From Ignavibacteriota bacterium (GTDB lineage Bacteria; Bacteroidota; Ignavibacteria; UBA10030), in the NCBI GenBank assembly GCA_963701295.1, contig OY969585.1, positions 1,344,001 to 1,408,000 on the forward strand: a stretch of 64,000 bases of DNA, in the 5' to 3' direction. The position numbers and the translations under genes were made by a program. The notes under the pieces are model-generated. The model ran no database searches. It saw only the letters and a program-made list of their open reading frames with translations, and had not been told where the DNA came from. Positions 1-10,901 of the stretch are shown in pieces (the first letter of the stretch is position 1; every line of letters begins with the position of its first letter).

Positions 1-1932
1 TGTTTAAACTGTCACAAAGATGCGATCACCAAACATCTTATTCACAGCCCGATATTGGAATCAAAAACAAGCGATTCAGAACTTATCGTTTCATGCAAAC
101 AATGTCATGGCACGCATAACGTTCAACGCACAAAAATAAGGACTACCGGAATGATATCGGCAGAATCGGTTGATATCTGTGCGACCTGCCATGAACAACA
201 AGCGCGGCATTATCGCCTTTCGGCACATGGCAAAGCGTCGAACTCTGGAGTTATAGGTGCACCTGTTTGTATGTCGTGCCATCGAAGTCAGATCACAAGA
301 TTAAAAGATAGTTCCGATTCTGCGAAAGTGAAACTTATGCAGGAAAAGCTTTGTCTCTCATGTCATCTGGATGATCCCAATGTACGTAGGCAGGTTTCGC
401 CGACGGCAGGTTTTATTGCTGCCTATGAAAAAAGTGTCCATGGCTCTGAGCTATTGAAAGGAAATGCTTCCGCCGCGAATTGTATCAATTGTCATAGCAG
501 CCATGAAATTGAGAAGGGAAAAGAGTCAACGTCACTTGTAAATCGCAATCACATTCCGGAGACATGCGGTACTTGTCATGCTTCCATAGGGCACGAGTAT
601 CGGGAAAGTATTCATGGAACCGCATCGATCAAGGGCAATAAAGAAGCACCTGTGTGTACGGATTGCCATGGTGAACATAATATTCTTTCGCCATCAAATC
701 CGAATTCTCCTGTTTCAGCACGCAATGTTTCTGCTCAGGTCTGTGCGCCATGTCACAGTTCAGTCACATTAATGGAAAAATTTGGACTTGCCGGGGATCG
801 ATTTAAAACATTTTCATCCAGTTTCCATGGTCTAGCAACGAGTTCTGGGAGTACAGAAGTTGCAAATTGTGCAAGTTGTCACGGAGTGCATAACATCAAA
901 CCATCCAGCGATTCCACTTCTTTGGTTCATAAATCCAAGCTTGCAACAACCTGTGGTAAATGTCACCCTGGAGCGAATGAACGATTTACTGTAGGTTCCA
1001 TTCATTCCTCAAATACAGACAAAAATGAAGAACCTGTACTCTATTGGGTGTCATTGCTCTATGTTCTTCTTATTGCATCGATCATCGGCGTGATGACATT
1101 GCACAACCTTCTCGACTTCTATCGAAAATCAAAACGAAGGTTGATGATCAGGCGTGGATTAGTAGCCGAGGAACACTATGGACACACATTATATGTACGT
1201 ATGACTTTGAATGAACGCATTCAGCATATTTTACTCATGCTCAGTTTCTTTACGCTTGTTTTTACGGGTTTTATGCTCCGGTATCCAGAGGCATTTTGGG
1301 TTGTCGCAATCAGAAATCTGAACACAAACGTTTTCGATATGCGCGGCATCATACATCGGATTTCTGCAGCAGTGATGGTAACGGCAAGCTTGTATCATCT
1401 TTATTATATTATTTTTGTGCCGCGCGGGAAACAATTGATTCGTGACTTGTTGCCGGTTAGGAATGATATTATTGATGCGATTTCTGTACTGAAGTACAAT
1501 CTTGGCTTTTCACCGATCAAACCAAAATTTGACAGGTTCAATTACATCGAGAAGAGTGAATATTGGGCGCTGGTATGGGGAACCGTTGTGATGAGTGTAA
1601 CTGGTGTCATTCTATGGTTCGATAACACATTTATGGGATTATTTACAAAGCTTGGTTGGGATGTCGCTCGTGCGGTACATTTCTATGAAGCATGGTTAGC
1701 CTTCCTTGCTATCATTATCTGGCATATATATTTTGTCATTTTTAATCCGGATATTTATCCAATGAATCTTGCTTGGCTCAAAGGTTCGTTAACAGAATCG
1801 GAAATGGCAGAAGAACACGCGAAGGAGCTTGCTACATTAAAGCGCGCAGCGCTGGAAGAGGAGAGGAAAATGATATCCGTAATTGTTGATGAAGAAGATG
1901 CAGCGAACACATCAGAGGAGAAGTCCATATAA
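1..1932 (+). CDS. CbcL-like multiheme cytochrome c fused to a C-terminal cytochrome b (FdnI/Ni-hydrogenase cyt b type) domain; 5' end lies upstream of the window
   Basis: Frame is open from base 1 (CLNCH...). It has 11 CXXCH motifs, then TM helices with conserved His (ERIQH, IIHR, AVHFYE, IWH) and the FNYIEKSEYW motif. Confidence 0.88.
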   Translation, partial: CLNCHKDAITKHLIHSPILESKTSDSELIVSCKQCHGTHNVQRTKIRTTGMISAESVDICATCHEQQARHYRLSAHGKASNSGVIGAPVCMSCHRSQITRLKDSSDSAKVKLMQEKLCLSCHLDDPNVRRQVSPTAGFIAAYEKSVHGSELLKGNASAANCINCHSSHEIEKGKESTSLVNRNHIPETCGTCHASIGHEYRESIHGTASIKGNKEAPVCTDCHGEHNILSPSNPNSPVSARNVSAQVCAPCHSSVTLMEKFGLAGDRFKTFSSSFHGLATSSGSTEVANCASCHGVHNIKPSSDSTSLVHKSKLATTCGKCHPGANERFTVGSIHSSNTDKNEEPVLYWVSLLYVLLIASIIGVMTLHNLLDFYRKSKRRLMIRRGLVAEEHYGHTLYVRMTLNERIQHILLMLSFFTLVFTGFMLRYPEAFWVVAIRNLNTNVFDMRGIIHRISAAVMVTASLYHLYYIIFVPRGKQLIRDLLPVRNDIIDAISVLKYNLGFSPIKPKFDRFNYIEKSEYWALVWGTVVMSVTGVILWFDNTFMGLFTKLGWDVARAVHFYEAWLAFLAIIIWHIYFVIFNPDIYPMNLAWLKGSLTESEMAEEHAKELATLKRAALEEERKMISVIVDEEDAANTSEEKSI

Positions 1933-1970
1933 CACAGGTATGATTACGATTAAGGCCGAAGAAATCTTGC

Positions 1971-3464
1971 ATGAAAAAAATATTTCCTGATTCATTTTAC
2001 AATCCCATTACACTCCTTGGGGGCGCTATTGCTTCTATCAGTTTCGGCTTGATTGTGTTTCTTGCTGTACTTGATGCATTGGCTAAGGAACAAAAGCCGT
2101 ATATGGGCATTATTACTTTTATTGTCTTGCCTATATTTCTTATCGGGGCACTTATACTGATTGTATTCGGCGTGATGAGAGAACATCGGCGAAAAAAACA
2201 CGGACTTGTCACCGAACATCGCCTGCCGCGCATCGACTTAAATGATTCCAAACAACGAACAGCTTTCGTAACGGTTTCTCTCGTGAGTCTTCTTCTTTTG
2301 GGATTCAGCGCTTTTGGGAGTTTCAAAGCCTATGAGTACACCGATTCTGATCAATTCTGTGGAACTATGTGTCACAAGGTTATGCATCCGGAATATACGG
2401 CATATCAATATTCACCTCATGCGAGAGTCGGTTGTGTACAATGTCATATTGGTCCCGGGGCAGGATGGTATGTGCGCTCAAAATTCTCTGGTGCCTATCA
2501 AGTGTATTCTGTTCTCTTCAACAAATATTCACGACCTATTCCTACACCGATAGAGAATTTACGTCCAGCCCAGCAAACCTGCGAGCAGTGCCATTGGCCC
2601 CAGCACTTCTTTAGCGAGAAATTTCTACACAACACATACTATCTTTCAGATGATAAGAATAGCAAATGGACACTAGATCTCCTTGTCCGTATTGGCGGAG
2701 GAAATATCGAGGCGGGCCCCACATCGGGAATCCATTGGCACATGAACATTGGCAATGAAGTCATGTATGTCCCGACCGATTCCCAACGACAAGTGATTCC
2801 CTGGGTTCGCGCGAAGGACCTCAACGGTAAAGTTACCGTTTATCGATCGATTGATCAACCGATGAGTGATTCAGCGGCAGCGCAAAAAGAAATGCGGCGG
2901 ATGGATTGCATCGATTGTCACAATCGCCCAACGCATATTTATCATCCTCCAGCACGATCTGTGAATCATGTTATATCTCTTGGCTGGATCGACCCCGAAC
3001 TTCCGAGTATTAAAAGTCTTGCCGTCAAAGTTCTTGAACAATCCTACACATCAGAGGCGCAGGCTGGCGAAGGCATTAAACAAAAGATCAAAGAATTTTA
3101 TTCGCTCAACCATCCGGATATTGCACGGGATAAGCAAAAAAATATTGACCGTGCCATTGAGGAGGTCCAAAAGATATATTCGCGGAATTATTTTCCAGAA
3201 ATGAATGTATCGTGGAAGCGATTTAATGATAACGTTGGGCACATGTATTATCCAGGTTGTTTCCGATGTCATGATGGAAAGCATGTTTCTGACAATGGAA
3301 AAGTGTTGTCACGGGAATGCAATGTCTGTCATACAATTCTCTCGCAGCAATTCGAGAAAAAAGGCTTGCGAATGTCATTAAGCGGAGTTGAGTATCAACA
3401 TCCAGTTGATATTGGAAATGCATGGAAAGAAATGAACTGTAGCGATTGTCATAATGCCCAATAG
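1971..3464 (+). CDS. ImcH-like NapC/NirT-family membrane-anchored heptaheme quinol dehydrogenase
   Basis: Three N-terminal TM helices; FCGTMCH (CX3CH) plus 6 CXXCH; NapC-like SPHARVGCVQCH segment. Confidence 0.85.
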   Translation: MKKIFPDSFYNPITLLGGAIASISFGLIVFLAVLDALAKEQKPYMGIITFIVLPIFLIGALILIVFGVMREHRRKKHGLVTEHRLPRIDLNDSKQRTAFVTVSLVSLLLLGFSAFGSFKAYEYTDSDQFCGTMCHKVMHPEYTAYQYSPHARVGCVQCHIGPGAGWYVRSKFSGAYQVYSVLFNKYSRPIPTPIENLRPAQQTCEQCHWPQHFFSEKFLHNTYYLSDDKNSKWTLDLLVRIGGGNIEAGPTSGIHWHMNIGNEVMYVPTDSQRQVIPWVRAKDLNGKVTVYRSIDQPMSDSAAAQKEMRRMDCIDCHNRPTHIYHPPARSVNHVISLGWIDPELPSIKSLAVKVLEQSYTSEAQAGEGIKQKIKEFYSLNHPDIARDKQKNIDRAIEEVQKIYSRNYFPEMNVSWKRFNDNVGHMYYPGCFRCHDGKHVSDNGKVLSRECNVCHTILSQQFEKKGLRMSLSGVEYQHPVDIGNAWKEMNCSDCHNAQ

Positions 3465-3478
3465 AAAGTAATTCTTCT

Positions 3479-3934
3479 ATGAATCAAATACCTGAGATTC
3501 CAGAGAACCAAAGTAAAAGAGATTTCCTTCAATGGATTCTGGCTGGTGGTGTCACAGCTTTTTTAGCAGCTGTATTGTACCCAATTTTTGCGTACCTCAA
3601 TCCACCGAAACAACCAGAGGTTGAAGTCTCGAGCGTTAAAGCGGGAAAGCTCAGTGAAATGGAAAAGGAGAGCGGAAAAATTATCAAGTTCGGCACAAAA
3701 CCAGTGATTATAATCAGGACTGCAAACGGTGAAGTACGTGCATTTTCCGCAACCTGTACGCATCTCGATTGCACCATTCAATTCCGGAAAGATTTTGGTA
3801 CAATTTGGTGCGCCTGTCATAATGGAAAGTATGATCTTAACGGAAGAAATATCTCTGGCCCGCCGCCGCGACCTCTTGATGAGTTCAGAGTCGTGGTTCA
3901 AGGTGATGAAATCCTTATTTCGAAAAAAACATGA
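3479..3934 (+). CDS. qcrA: Rieske [2Fe-2S] subunit of a Rieske/cytochrome b complex
   Basis: CTHLDC and CACHNG boxes, GPPPRPL, Tat-like SKRDFL plus TM anchor; overlaps the cytochrome b start (ATGA). Confidence 0.93.
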   Translation: MNQIPEIPENQSKRDFLQWILAGGVTAFLAAVLYPIFAYLNPPKQPEVEVSSVKAGKLSEMEKESGKIIKFGTKPVIIIRTANGEVRAFSATCTHLDCTIQFRKDFGTIWCACHNGKYDLNGRNISGPPPRPLDEFRVVVQGDEILISKKT

Positions 3935-5004
3935 AAACATTCCTACAACGAATTTACTCATGGATTGACGAGCGAGTTGAGATTCAGGGACTCGTGGAAT
4001 ATATGGGAAAAAAATATGTTCCTGTACATCGCCATTCAATTTGGTACTATTTTGGAGGAGTATCACTCTTCCTCTTTATTATACAGGTTGTCACAGGCAT
4101 CCTTTTGCTTCTCTATTACAAAAGCGGAGAAGAACTTGCATTCGAAAGCATTAACTTTATCATGTCAAAGGTGCAATTCGGCTGGCTCATTCGGTCGATC
4201 CATAGCTGGACTGCAAACTTATTTATTCTCTCGGCGATGATTCATATGTTCAGTGTGTTTTTTGAAAAAGCCTACCGAAAGCCACGCGAAATTACATGGG
4301 TAACAGGTATGTTTATGTTCTTCCTTGCGCTTGGATTCGGATTCAGCGGGTATCTTCTTCCATGGAATGAACTCGCATTTTTTGCTACAAAGGTCGGAAC
4401 AGACATCGCAGGTGTTGTTCCAATTATTGGCAAGCCGTTGATGATCTTCCTTCGAGGCGGAGAAGAGGTGACCGGGGCAACACTTTCACGGTTCTTTGGT
4501 TTCCACGTCGCTGTGCTTCCGGGACTCTTCACAGTGTTTCTCGGTGTTCATCTTCTTCTGGTTCAACGACAAGGAATGAGTGAACCATTGGATATCAAAA
4601 AAGAAACTGAACAAAAGACGATGCCTTTCTTTCCGAATTTCATTTTACGTGATCTCACTCTCTGGCTCCTTGTTCTCAATCTTCTCGCTATTCTTGCAGT
4701 ATTTTTTCCATGGGAATTGGGCAAGAAAGCTGATGCATTTGCACCTGCACCTGCCGGAATAAAACCAGAATGGTACTTCCTCTATATGTTTCAGACATTG
4801 AAATATATCCCAGGCAAATTATTGTTTTTGGATGGCGAAATCCTGGGTATCCTTCTCTTTGGAATTGCAGGACTTTTGTGGACGGTGGTGCCGTTTTGGG
4901 ATCGCAAGAGTTCGCGGGGAGAACAGAATCGTTTTGTGAATTATATTGGACTCTTCGCTATCGTATACATTATCATTTTCACGATCATTGGATGGCTCGC
5001 ATGA
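3931..5004 (+). CDS. qcrB: Cytochrome b of the Rieske/cyt b complex (unsplit b6 + subunit IV type)
   Basis: [19 protein letters not shown]...VH heme-b ligands and the Qo-site PEWY motif. Confidence 0.95.
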   Translation: MKTFLQRIYSWIDERVEIQGLVEYMGKKYVPVHRHSIWYYFGGVSLFLFIIQVVTGILLLLYYKSGEELAFESINFIMSKVQFGWLIRSIHSWTANLFILSAMIHMFSVFFEKAYRKPREITWVTGMFMFFLALGFGFSGYLLPWNELAFFATKVGTDIAGVVPIIGKPLMIFLRGGEEVTGATLSRFFGFHVAVLPGLFTVFLGVHLLLVQRQGMSEPLDIKKETEQKTMPFFPNFILRDLTLWLLVLNLLAILAVFFPWELGKKADAFAPAPAGIKPEWYFLYMFQTLKYIPGKLLFLDGEILGILLFGIAGLLWTVVPFWDRKSSRGEQNRFVNYIGLFAIVYIIIFTIIGWLA

Positions 5005-6476
5005 AACAGAGAATTATTCTTTTTGCCACAACTCTAATAGCTGTCCTTGTTTCAAGAGAATGTGTTCTTGCAAACGACAAGTGTCTTGAGTGCCATCGAA
5101 ATACAGAGGACAAACCTTCAGCATTATTTTTAAATGATATTCATTATACCAAGGGAATTACATGTGCCGGGTGCCATGGAGGCAATCCCAACACTGAAGA
5201 GATGGAACGAGCAATGGACAAAAAGGTCGGTTTCATCGGAGCGCCGAAAGGAGACGATATCTCCAAGATATGTGCTGCATGCCATTCTTCTCCTGAAAAG
5301 ATGAAATCGGTTGGTTCGTCTCTTCCAACAAATCAGTGGGAGATATTGCAGACGAGTGTCCACGCAAAGCTTTCACTAAAAGGAAAAGAACACATTACGC
5401 AGTGTGTTACTTGCCACAATTCACATGGAATTGTCTCCGTCAAAGATCCATCTTCGCCTGTGTATCCTCTGAATGTTGTCAAAACGTGTGTGAAGTGCCA
5501 TGCAAATATAACAATGATAAAATCCTATAATACATCTCTTCCAGTTGATCAATTGGAAAAATATCGAACGAGTGTTCATGGTATACTCAATGCAAAGGGG
5601 GATCCTAAGACTGCTGAATGTGCAAGTTGCCATGGAAGTCATGACATCCGATCTGCAAAGGATGTGAAATCAAAAGTATATGCTTCAAACCTTCCGGGAA
5701 CATGTGCAACCTGTCATAGCAACGCTGAATATATGAAGGCGTATAAAATTCCTACAAATCAATACGAAAAATATGCAAGGAGCATTCATGGTGTTGCATT
5801 ACTTCAAAAGCATGACGCAGGAGCTCCAGCATGCAACAATTGTCATGGAAATCATGGTGCAGTACCTCCGGGTGTAGAATCGGTCTCAAAAGTGTGCGGC
5901 ACATGTCATGCACTCAATGCTGATCTTTTTTCATCAAGTCCTCATAAGAAAGCGTTTGATCAGCGCAAGCTCCCTGAGTGCGAAACATGCCACAGCAATC
6001 ATGAAATTATAGCTGCGACCGATAAATTATTAGGTGTTACACCAGAGGCTATTTGCAGCAAGTGTCACAATGAAACTCAAAACGTCAAAGGGTATCAAGT
6101 GGCAAAAAAAATGCGTGGATTGATAGATAGTTTAGAAGCAGCTGAGAGAAGGGATCAAGAATTGGTCTATGAAGCTGAACAGAAAGGAATGGAAATCAGC
6201 GAGGCGAAGTTCAGGCTCCGGGATGTTCGACAAGCTCGGCTTCAATCTCGAACAGCGGTTCATGCTTTTAGCGAAGAGAAATTCGCCGAAGTTATTAGTA
6301 ATGGCTTAAAAACAGCTGCTTCAATTGTAGTGGAATCCGAAAGTGCAATCCGTGAATATTATTTTCGAAGAATTGGATTGGCTGTCTTGACAAGTATTAT
6401 CACAATCCTGGCAATATCATTATTCTTATATATCAAGCAGCTTGAGAATAAACAAGGTAAAAATAAGAAAAATTGA
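5001..6476 (+). CDS. 11-heme cytochrome c with signal peptide and C-terminal membrane anchor (probable cytochrome c partner of the Rieske/cyt b complex)
   Basis: ATG 5001 overlaps the cyt b stop; MKQRIILF signal peptide; 11 CXXCH; coiled segment then a C-terminal TM helix. Confidence 0.88.
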   Translation: MKQRIILFATTLIAVLVSRECVLANDKCLECHRNTEDKPSALFLNDIHYTKGITCAGCHGGNPNTEEMERAMDKKVGFIGAPKGDDISKICAACHSSPEKMKSVGSSLPTNQWEILQTSVHAKLSLKGKEHITQCVTCHNSHGIVSVKDPSSPVYPLNVVKTCVKCHANITMIKSYNTSLPVDQLEKYRTSVHGILNAKGDPKTAECASCHGSHDIRSAKDVKSKVYASNLPGTCATCHSNAEYMKAYKIPTNQYEKYARSIHGVALLQKHDAGAPACNNCHGNHGAVPPGVESVSKVCGTCHALNADLFSSSPHKKAFDQRKLPECETCHSNHEIIAATDKLLGVTPEAICSKCHNETQNVKGYQVAKKMRGLIDSLEAAERRDQELVYEAEQKGMEISEAKFRLRDVRQARLQSRTAVHAFSEEKFAEVISNGLKTAASIVVESESAIREYYFRRIGLAVLTSIITILAISLFLYIKQLENKQGKNKKN

Positions 6477-6607
6477 GGAATATTTAGCAACTTCTGGACT
6501 CTTCTTACATTCCTTTTACTCCAATACCCTATTTGTTTTTTCTCCATTTAGAAGCAAAAAAGAACATAATTGTGGAACTCTAAAGTTTAAAGATTTGTTC
6601 CAATCAC

Positions 6608-6660
6608 TTGCTTTTATATTATTACTCTATTACCTTAATATTGTATAATTAATATACAAT
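6608..6660 (+). promoter_or_regulatory. Putative sigma70 promoter followed by a palindromic operator
   Basis: TTGCTT-N17-TACCTT (6608-6636), then the perfect inverted repeat ATTGTATA-N5-TATACAAT (6640-6660) in an AT-rich gap. Confidence 0.45.
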
Positions 6661-6709
6661 TTTATTTAATTATAGTTGATAATTAAAACATTTTTGAAAG
6701 GAAAACTCT

Positions 6710-7225
6710 ATGCGAACAATAATACTTCTTTTTGCCATCCTCCTTATTGTTCCTTTCATATTAAACGCTCAAAACAAGTATGTTGGTGTCAAGATGTGCA
6801 AAATTTGTCATCAATCAGAGAAGCAAGGAAAACAATTTGATGTCTGGCAAAAGAGCAAGCATGCGGAAGCATTTAAAACCTTGTCTTCAGATACAGCGAA
6901 TGCAATTGCAAAAGCGAAAGGATTGAAGAAGACTGCTGCGGAATCTCCGGAGTGTCTTGAATGTCATGCAATTACAGCTGATCCAAAATTGATGGCTGAT
7001 GGTGTTCAATGCGAAATGTGCCACGGTGCAGGTTCTTCTTATAAGAACATGGCGATTATGAAAGATTCAGTGAAGGCTGTAGCAGCTGGTTTGGTCATCT
7101 ACAAAGATAAAGCGGCAATCGAAAAGAAGTGCAAGGCATGTCATAATGAAAAGAGTCCGTTCTATAAGACATTCAAATTTGAAGAAATGTGGGCGAAAAT
7201 TAAACATCCAATTCCAAAAGGATGA
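6710..7225 (+). CDS. Periplasmic tetraheme cytochrome c (c554-like family)
   Basis: Signal peptide; YVGVKMCKICH...WQKSKHAEA; 4 CXXCH. Confidence 0.88.
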   Translation: MRTIILLFAILLIVPFILNAQNKYVGVKMCKICHQSEKQGKQFDVWQKSKHAEAFKTLSSDTANAIAKAKGLKKTAAESPECLECHAITADPKLMADGVQCEMCHGAGSSYKNMAIMKDSVKAVAAGLVIYKDKAAIEKKCKACHNEKSPFYKTFKFEEMWAKIKHPIPKG

Positions 7226-7348
7226 CATTTTATCTCGATTGAAAACTTTGATTTTACTGTAAAGTGGGACACAAAAGGTGTTTAGTCTTTAAAATTAATT
7301 GAATTATCATTTAATCGCTTTAACTAAACCATTCATGGGCGATGAACA

Positions 7349-8662
7349 ATGAAACGTCTGATATCGCAATGCACTTTTACGTTTACAATTGTGCTTGGAG
7401 TGCTTTTCTGTATTATAAGCTCTGAAGCGTCAGGTCAATTTTTTCAATTGCGTCTTGTATCATCAGCCTATGCATGGCAGCGGCAGGATACTGTGGGGCA
7501 ATCCTCAAACCATCTTTTCGGATATCAGACAGCTCAACTTTCGTTCGCCGGTGAACATCTTTCATTCCATACGTACATGCAGGGGTTCAATGATTTTACC
7601 GGTCCGTTGAAAAACGAAGGTACTGTCCGGTTTTATGATTTTTATTTAAAATACTCCGACTTACTCGATAAGATTGATCTCAGTCTTGGACGTCAAACAA
7701 TCTTTGCTGGTGTTGGCAATGGCACCATCGATGGCGGTGTTGCTTCAATCAGATTACTTGATTCTAGATTAAAGGTGCTTGGATATTACGGTTCACTTCC
7801 CAGTCCAGAGCAAAAGTTGGAAATGATCGGAGATCAAAAGAATAATAGCATGCTTGGTGCTCAAGTTATTGGTACGCCGACCGAATATGCGCGTGTGTCA
7901 CTGAGTTATATGCATGAGAATTTGAAACCGGAAACATATTGGGCAAAACGTGCATACGATTCCACATATAATGTGCACGATGTCGAGATTACTCCACTCG
8001 CAACTGCAGAAGAATATGTAAGCGGAGATGTCAATATAGAATACAACATCGTCTCTGCGTATGCACGCAGCGATTATGATATGATTTTGGATAGGCTCTC
8101 AAGAATCCAGCTTTTTACTCGTGTCAAAGTTACGGAACCACTTTCATTAACCGGCGAATATATTCACCGTGAGCCTCGCTTATCTTATAATTCCATCTTC
8201 TGGGTGTTTGCATATAACACGATCAGCGAATATGAACTCGGTGCTGAATATGCAATCTGCAAAGACTGCCAAGTCTTTGGGAAATTCGGATCTGTTTCAT
8301 ATGGCGACGACAATTCCAACCGCATTACTTTGGGTGGCAGCACGAAATACACCTCTGTAAGTTTTAGCTGGAATACAGGTTATGGCGGAGAATTAGCAGC
8401 ATTTTCTGTAAATGCCGGTTATCCATTGATGAACAATAAACTAACCCCAACCGTGATGGTGGGATATGCGCATTATAAATTAAGCAGCGATGCCCCGACA
8501 TTAGATGCGTTGAGCGGCGCGCTAGGAGTTGTATATCGGCCTGTTCCAGTGTTTTCGCTGGATACACAAGCACAGTGGATTAAAAATAAAATTTATAGCA
8601 ACGATGTACGCCTCTTTGTTCGAGGCAGCTATTATTTCGGCGAACGATTGAACATTTTCTGA
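7349..8662 (+). CDS. Outer-membrane beta-barrel (porin of a putative porin-cytochrome conduit)
   Basis: Signal peptide, alternating aromatic/hydrophobic strands, C-terminal Phe, no heme motifs, flanked by multiheme genes. Confidence 0.75.
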   Translation: MKRLISQCTFTFTIVLGVLFCIISSEASGQFFQLRLVSSAYAWQRQDTVGQSSNHLFGYQTAQLSFAGEHLSFHTYMQGFNDFTGPLKNEGTVRFYDFYLKYSDLLDKIDLSLGRQTIFAGVGNGTIDGGVASIRLLDSRLKVLGYYGSLPSPEQKLEMIGDQKNNSMLGAQVIGTPTEYARVSLSYMHENLKPETYWAKRAYDSTYNVHDVEITPLATAEEYVSGDVNIEYNIVSAYARSDYDMILDRLSRIQLFTRVKVTEPLSLTGEYIHREPRLSYNSIFWVFAYNTISEYELGAEYAICKDCQVFGKFGSVSYGDDNSNRITLGGSTKYTSVSFSWNTGYGGELAAFSVNAGYPLMNNKLTPTVMVGYAHYKLSSDAPTLDALSGALGVVYRPVPVFSLDTQAQWIKNKIYSNDVRLFVRGSYYFGERLNIF

Positions 8663-8669
8663 GATCAAC

Positions 8670-9908
8670 ATGCCAACAACTCGAACGAACACTTTGTTTA
8701 TTATAAAGAATGGATACCTGTGTTTCGGTCTGGTACTCATCCTATTGCTTAGTTTCACTGCTGTATTGAAATCCCGAGAAACAACCGGTGATAACAAACA
8801 ACGGAAGTGCGTAAAATTCTCGCACCAATTCCATGTAAAAGAATCCGGTATTGCGTGTATAGATTGTCATGCAAACGCATCGAAAAGCGTGAATGCATCG
8901 GACAATCTTCTCGCGAAAATGGAATCATGCAAAAGCTGCCATGAAGATCAGGTTAAAAGCAATTGTACTTACTGCCACACTAGCGCCGATTCCGCAACAT
9001 ATACAGCTTCTCAAAACCCGGTGCGCGAATTTCGTTTTTCACATCAACAGCATGTAGAAGATCAAAAAATCGATTGTGAGAGTTGTCATACAATGCTTGA
9101 TAAAGCTGGAGCTGCAATTGGAGAGCTTGTACCTGCAATGACGATCTGTGTAACTTGCCATAATGATGTGAAAGCAACCGGTGCATGCGAGAAATGTCAT
9201 ACGAATTTGGCTGCACTGAGGCCCGCGGAACATAACCGATCAGATTTTTTACATGAGCACAAGCAATTGGCGCGTATGGGCGATGCCAAGTGTGGTACGT
9301 GCCATACACAAGAAAGTTGTCTTGATTGCCATAATGGTTCGGCATTAGTGAAGGTTGACGTTCCGGGCCGTGATTTGATGTCACAATATTCGCCGCGACT
9401 TACTTCAATAGACCGCGGTCAAGGAATGGTGTTAACAAAAGTGCATGATCTGAATTTCCGATTCACGCATGGCATTGCCGCAAAGGGCAAAACGATGGAA
9501 TGCCAGACCTGTCATAGTCAGGAACAATTTTGCTCCACATGCCATCAAGCAGGGGGCAATGTCAATCAAGGTGCATTTAAACCATCATCACATATGGCTG
9601 CTGGATTTACAACGCTGGGCGTTGGAAGCGGTGGCGGTGAACATGCACGTCTGGCAAAACGAGATATTGAATCGTGCGCAGCCTGCCATAGTGCAGAGGG
9701 TGCCGATCCAGTGTGTATCACCTGCCATGTCGATCCTGACGGAATAAAGGGTAATGATCCGAAAACGCATGACCCTGGCTTCATGTCCAATACACATGGG
9801 CCCTGGCATAGTGATCCCGGCGCCAATTGTTACATGTGCCATACAGATGTCAACGCACATCCGGGCGGAGTGAAAGGACAGAAATTCTGCGGTTATTGCC
9901 ACCGATAA
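8670..9908 (+). CDS. 14-heme cytochrome c (two c7/c3-like triheme modules plus paired hemes)
   Basis: 14 CXXCH; repeated FSHxxH distal-ligand motifs; N-terminal hydrophobic leader. Confidence 0.9.
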   Translation: MPTTRTNTLFIIKNGYLCFGLVLILLLSFTAVLKSRETTGDNKQRKCVKFSHQFHVKESGIACIDCHANASKSVNASDNLLAKMESCKSCHEDQVKSNCTYCHTSADSATYTASQNPVREFRFSHQQHVEDQKIDCESCHTMLDKAGAAIGELVPAMTICVTCHNDVKATGACEKCHTNLAALRPAEHNRSDFLHEHKQLARMGDAKCGTCHTQESCLDCHNGSALVKVDVPGRDLMSQYSPRLTSIDRGQGMVLTKVHDLNFRFTHGIAAKGKTMECQTCHSQEQFCSTCHQAGGNVNQGAFKPSSHMAAGFTTLGVGSGGGEHARLAKRDIESCAACHSAEGADPVCITCHVDPDGIKGNDPKTHDPGFMSNTHGPWHSDPGANCYMCHTDVNAHPGGVKGQKFCGYCHR

Positions 9909-9923
9909 TGGGATGGATTGACT

Positions 9924-10793
9924 ATGAAGAAACTCTATATCATTCTCATTTTGATGTTATTGATAATATCAGCACTTCTCACTTCATGCAGTGATTTAAA
10001 GAAAGATCTACCGACAGCAACAAGTGCTGAAGTACAGATTCATGGACAAGGATGGATCGATACCGGCTCTGTAAATTTCCATGGCAAGTATATTCAAAAC
10101 ATTAATTACAATCTTGCAATTTGCAAGCAGTGTCATGGAAGTAATTATGAAGGCGGTACATCAAACAGTTCATGCTGGCAATGTCACTCAGGACCCGGCG
10201 GGCCGGAAAATTGTGCTACATGTCATGGCATGCCTCCTGCGCCGGATCGTTATGGAAATACTTCCTCTACCGCCCCTGGAGTTGGGGCGCATTATATACA
10301 TTATACAGGAACAGGAACAATTTCCTCCACAGCGATGCATTGCGAAGATTGCCATCATTTGCCCAACGGAGTTTCTGACTCAACACATATCACCGCAACG
10401 AGAATTGCGCAAGTACAGATAAGTAATTTAGGCGCTCTGCAAACGAATGGTGTTGTTCCATCAGCTTCGTTTAGCCAGTCGACTTTAAAATGCACAAATA
10501 CATTTTGTCATGGTAGTTGGATGTTACCGAAATCCGGATTGGCAACCGATTCTGTGTTTTCCGGTACTGTAATGAGTGGAGCAAATTATTCGCCGATATG
10601 GAATGGCGGATCTTCCCAAGACAGTTGCGGCTCTTGTCATGGAATTCCTCCATCCGGCCATAATTCTTACGGCCCATCTAATTCTCAAGGTTGTTCACTC
10701 TGTCATGAAGATGTTACAACCGCTTCCGGAAAACTCATGCATATGAACGGAAAGATTAATCTTGCAGGCGGAGTGGTAAGAAACTTCCGATAA
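9924..10793 (+). CDS. Lipoprotein multiheme cytochrome c with a Geobacter-type CX4CH...CXXCH module
   Basis: Lipobox LLTSC; 6 CXXCH plus CTNTFCH. Confidence 0.85.
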   Translation: MKKLYIILILMLLIISALLTSCSDLKKDLPTATSAEVQIHGQGWIDTGSVNFHGKYIQNINYNLAICKQCHGSNYEGGTSNSSCWQCHSGPGGPENCATCHGMPPAPDRYGNTSSTAPGVGAHYIHYTGTGTISSTAMHCEDCHHLPNGVSDSTHITATRIAQVQISNLGALQTNGVVPSASFSQSTLKCTNTFCHGSWMLPKSGLATDSVFSGTVMSGANYSPIWNGGSSQDSCGSCHGIPPSGHNSYGPSNSQGCSLCHEDVTTASGKLMHMNGKINLAGGVVRNFR

Positions 10794-10901
10794 TAAAATT
10801 AAATAATTCTTTATAGGTACGCATATTCTAAAGAATATGCTCATTTATAGGATGATAAAGATAAATAATTAAATTTTAACCTTTAACGAAAAAGGTGTTA
10901 T

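Noticed and set aside
4770-5000. Upstream extension of the 11-heme ORF in the track
   Set aside because: It overlaps cytochrome b; the real start is ATG 5001 with a signal peptide.
7294-7314. Fur-box-like AT-rich sequence before the porin gene
   Set aside because: Only a half match (ATTATCATT) in very AT-rich DNA.
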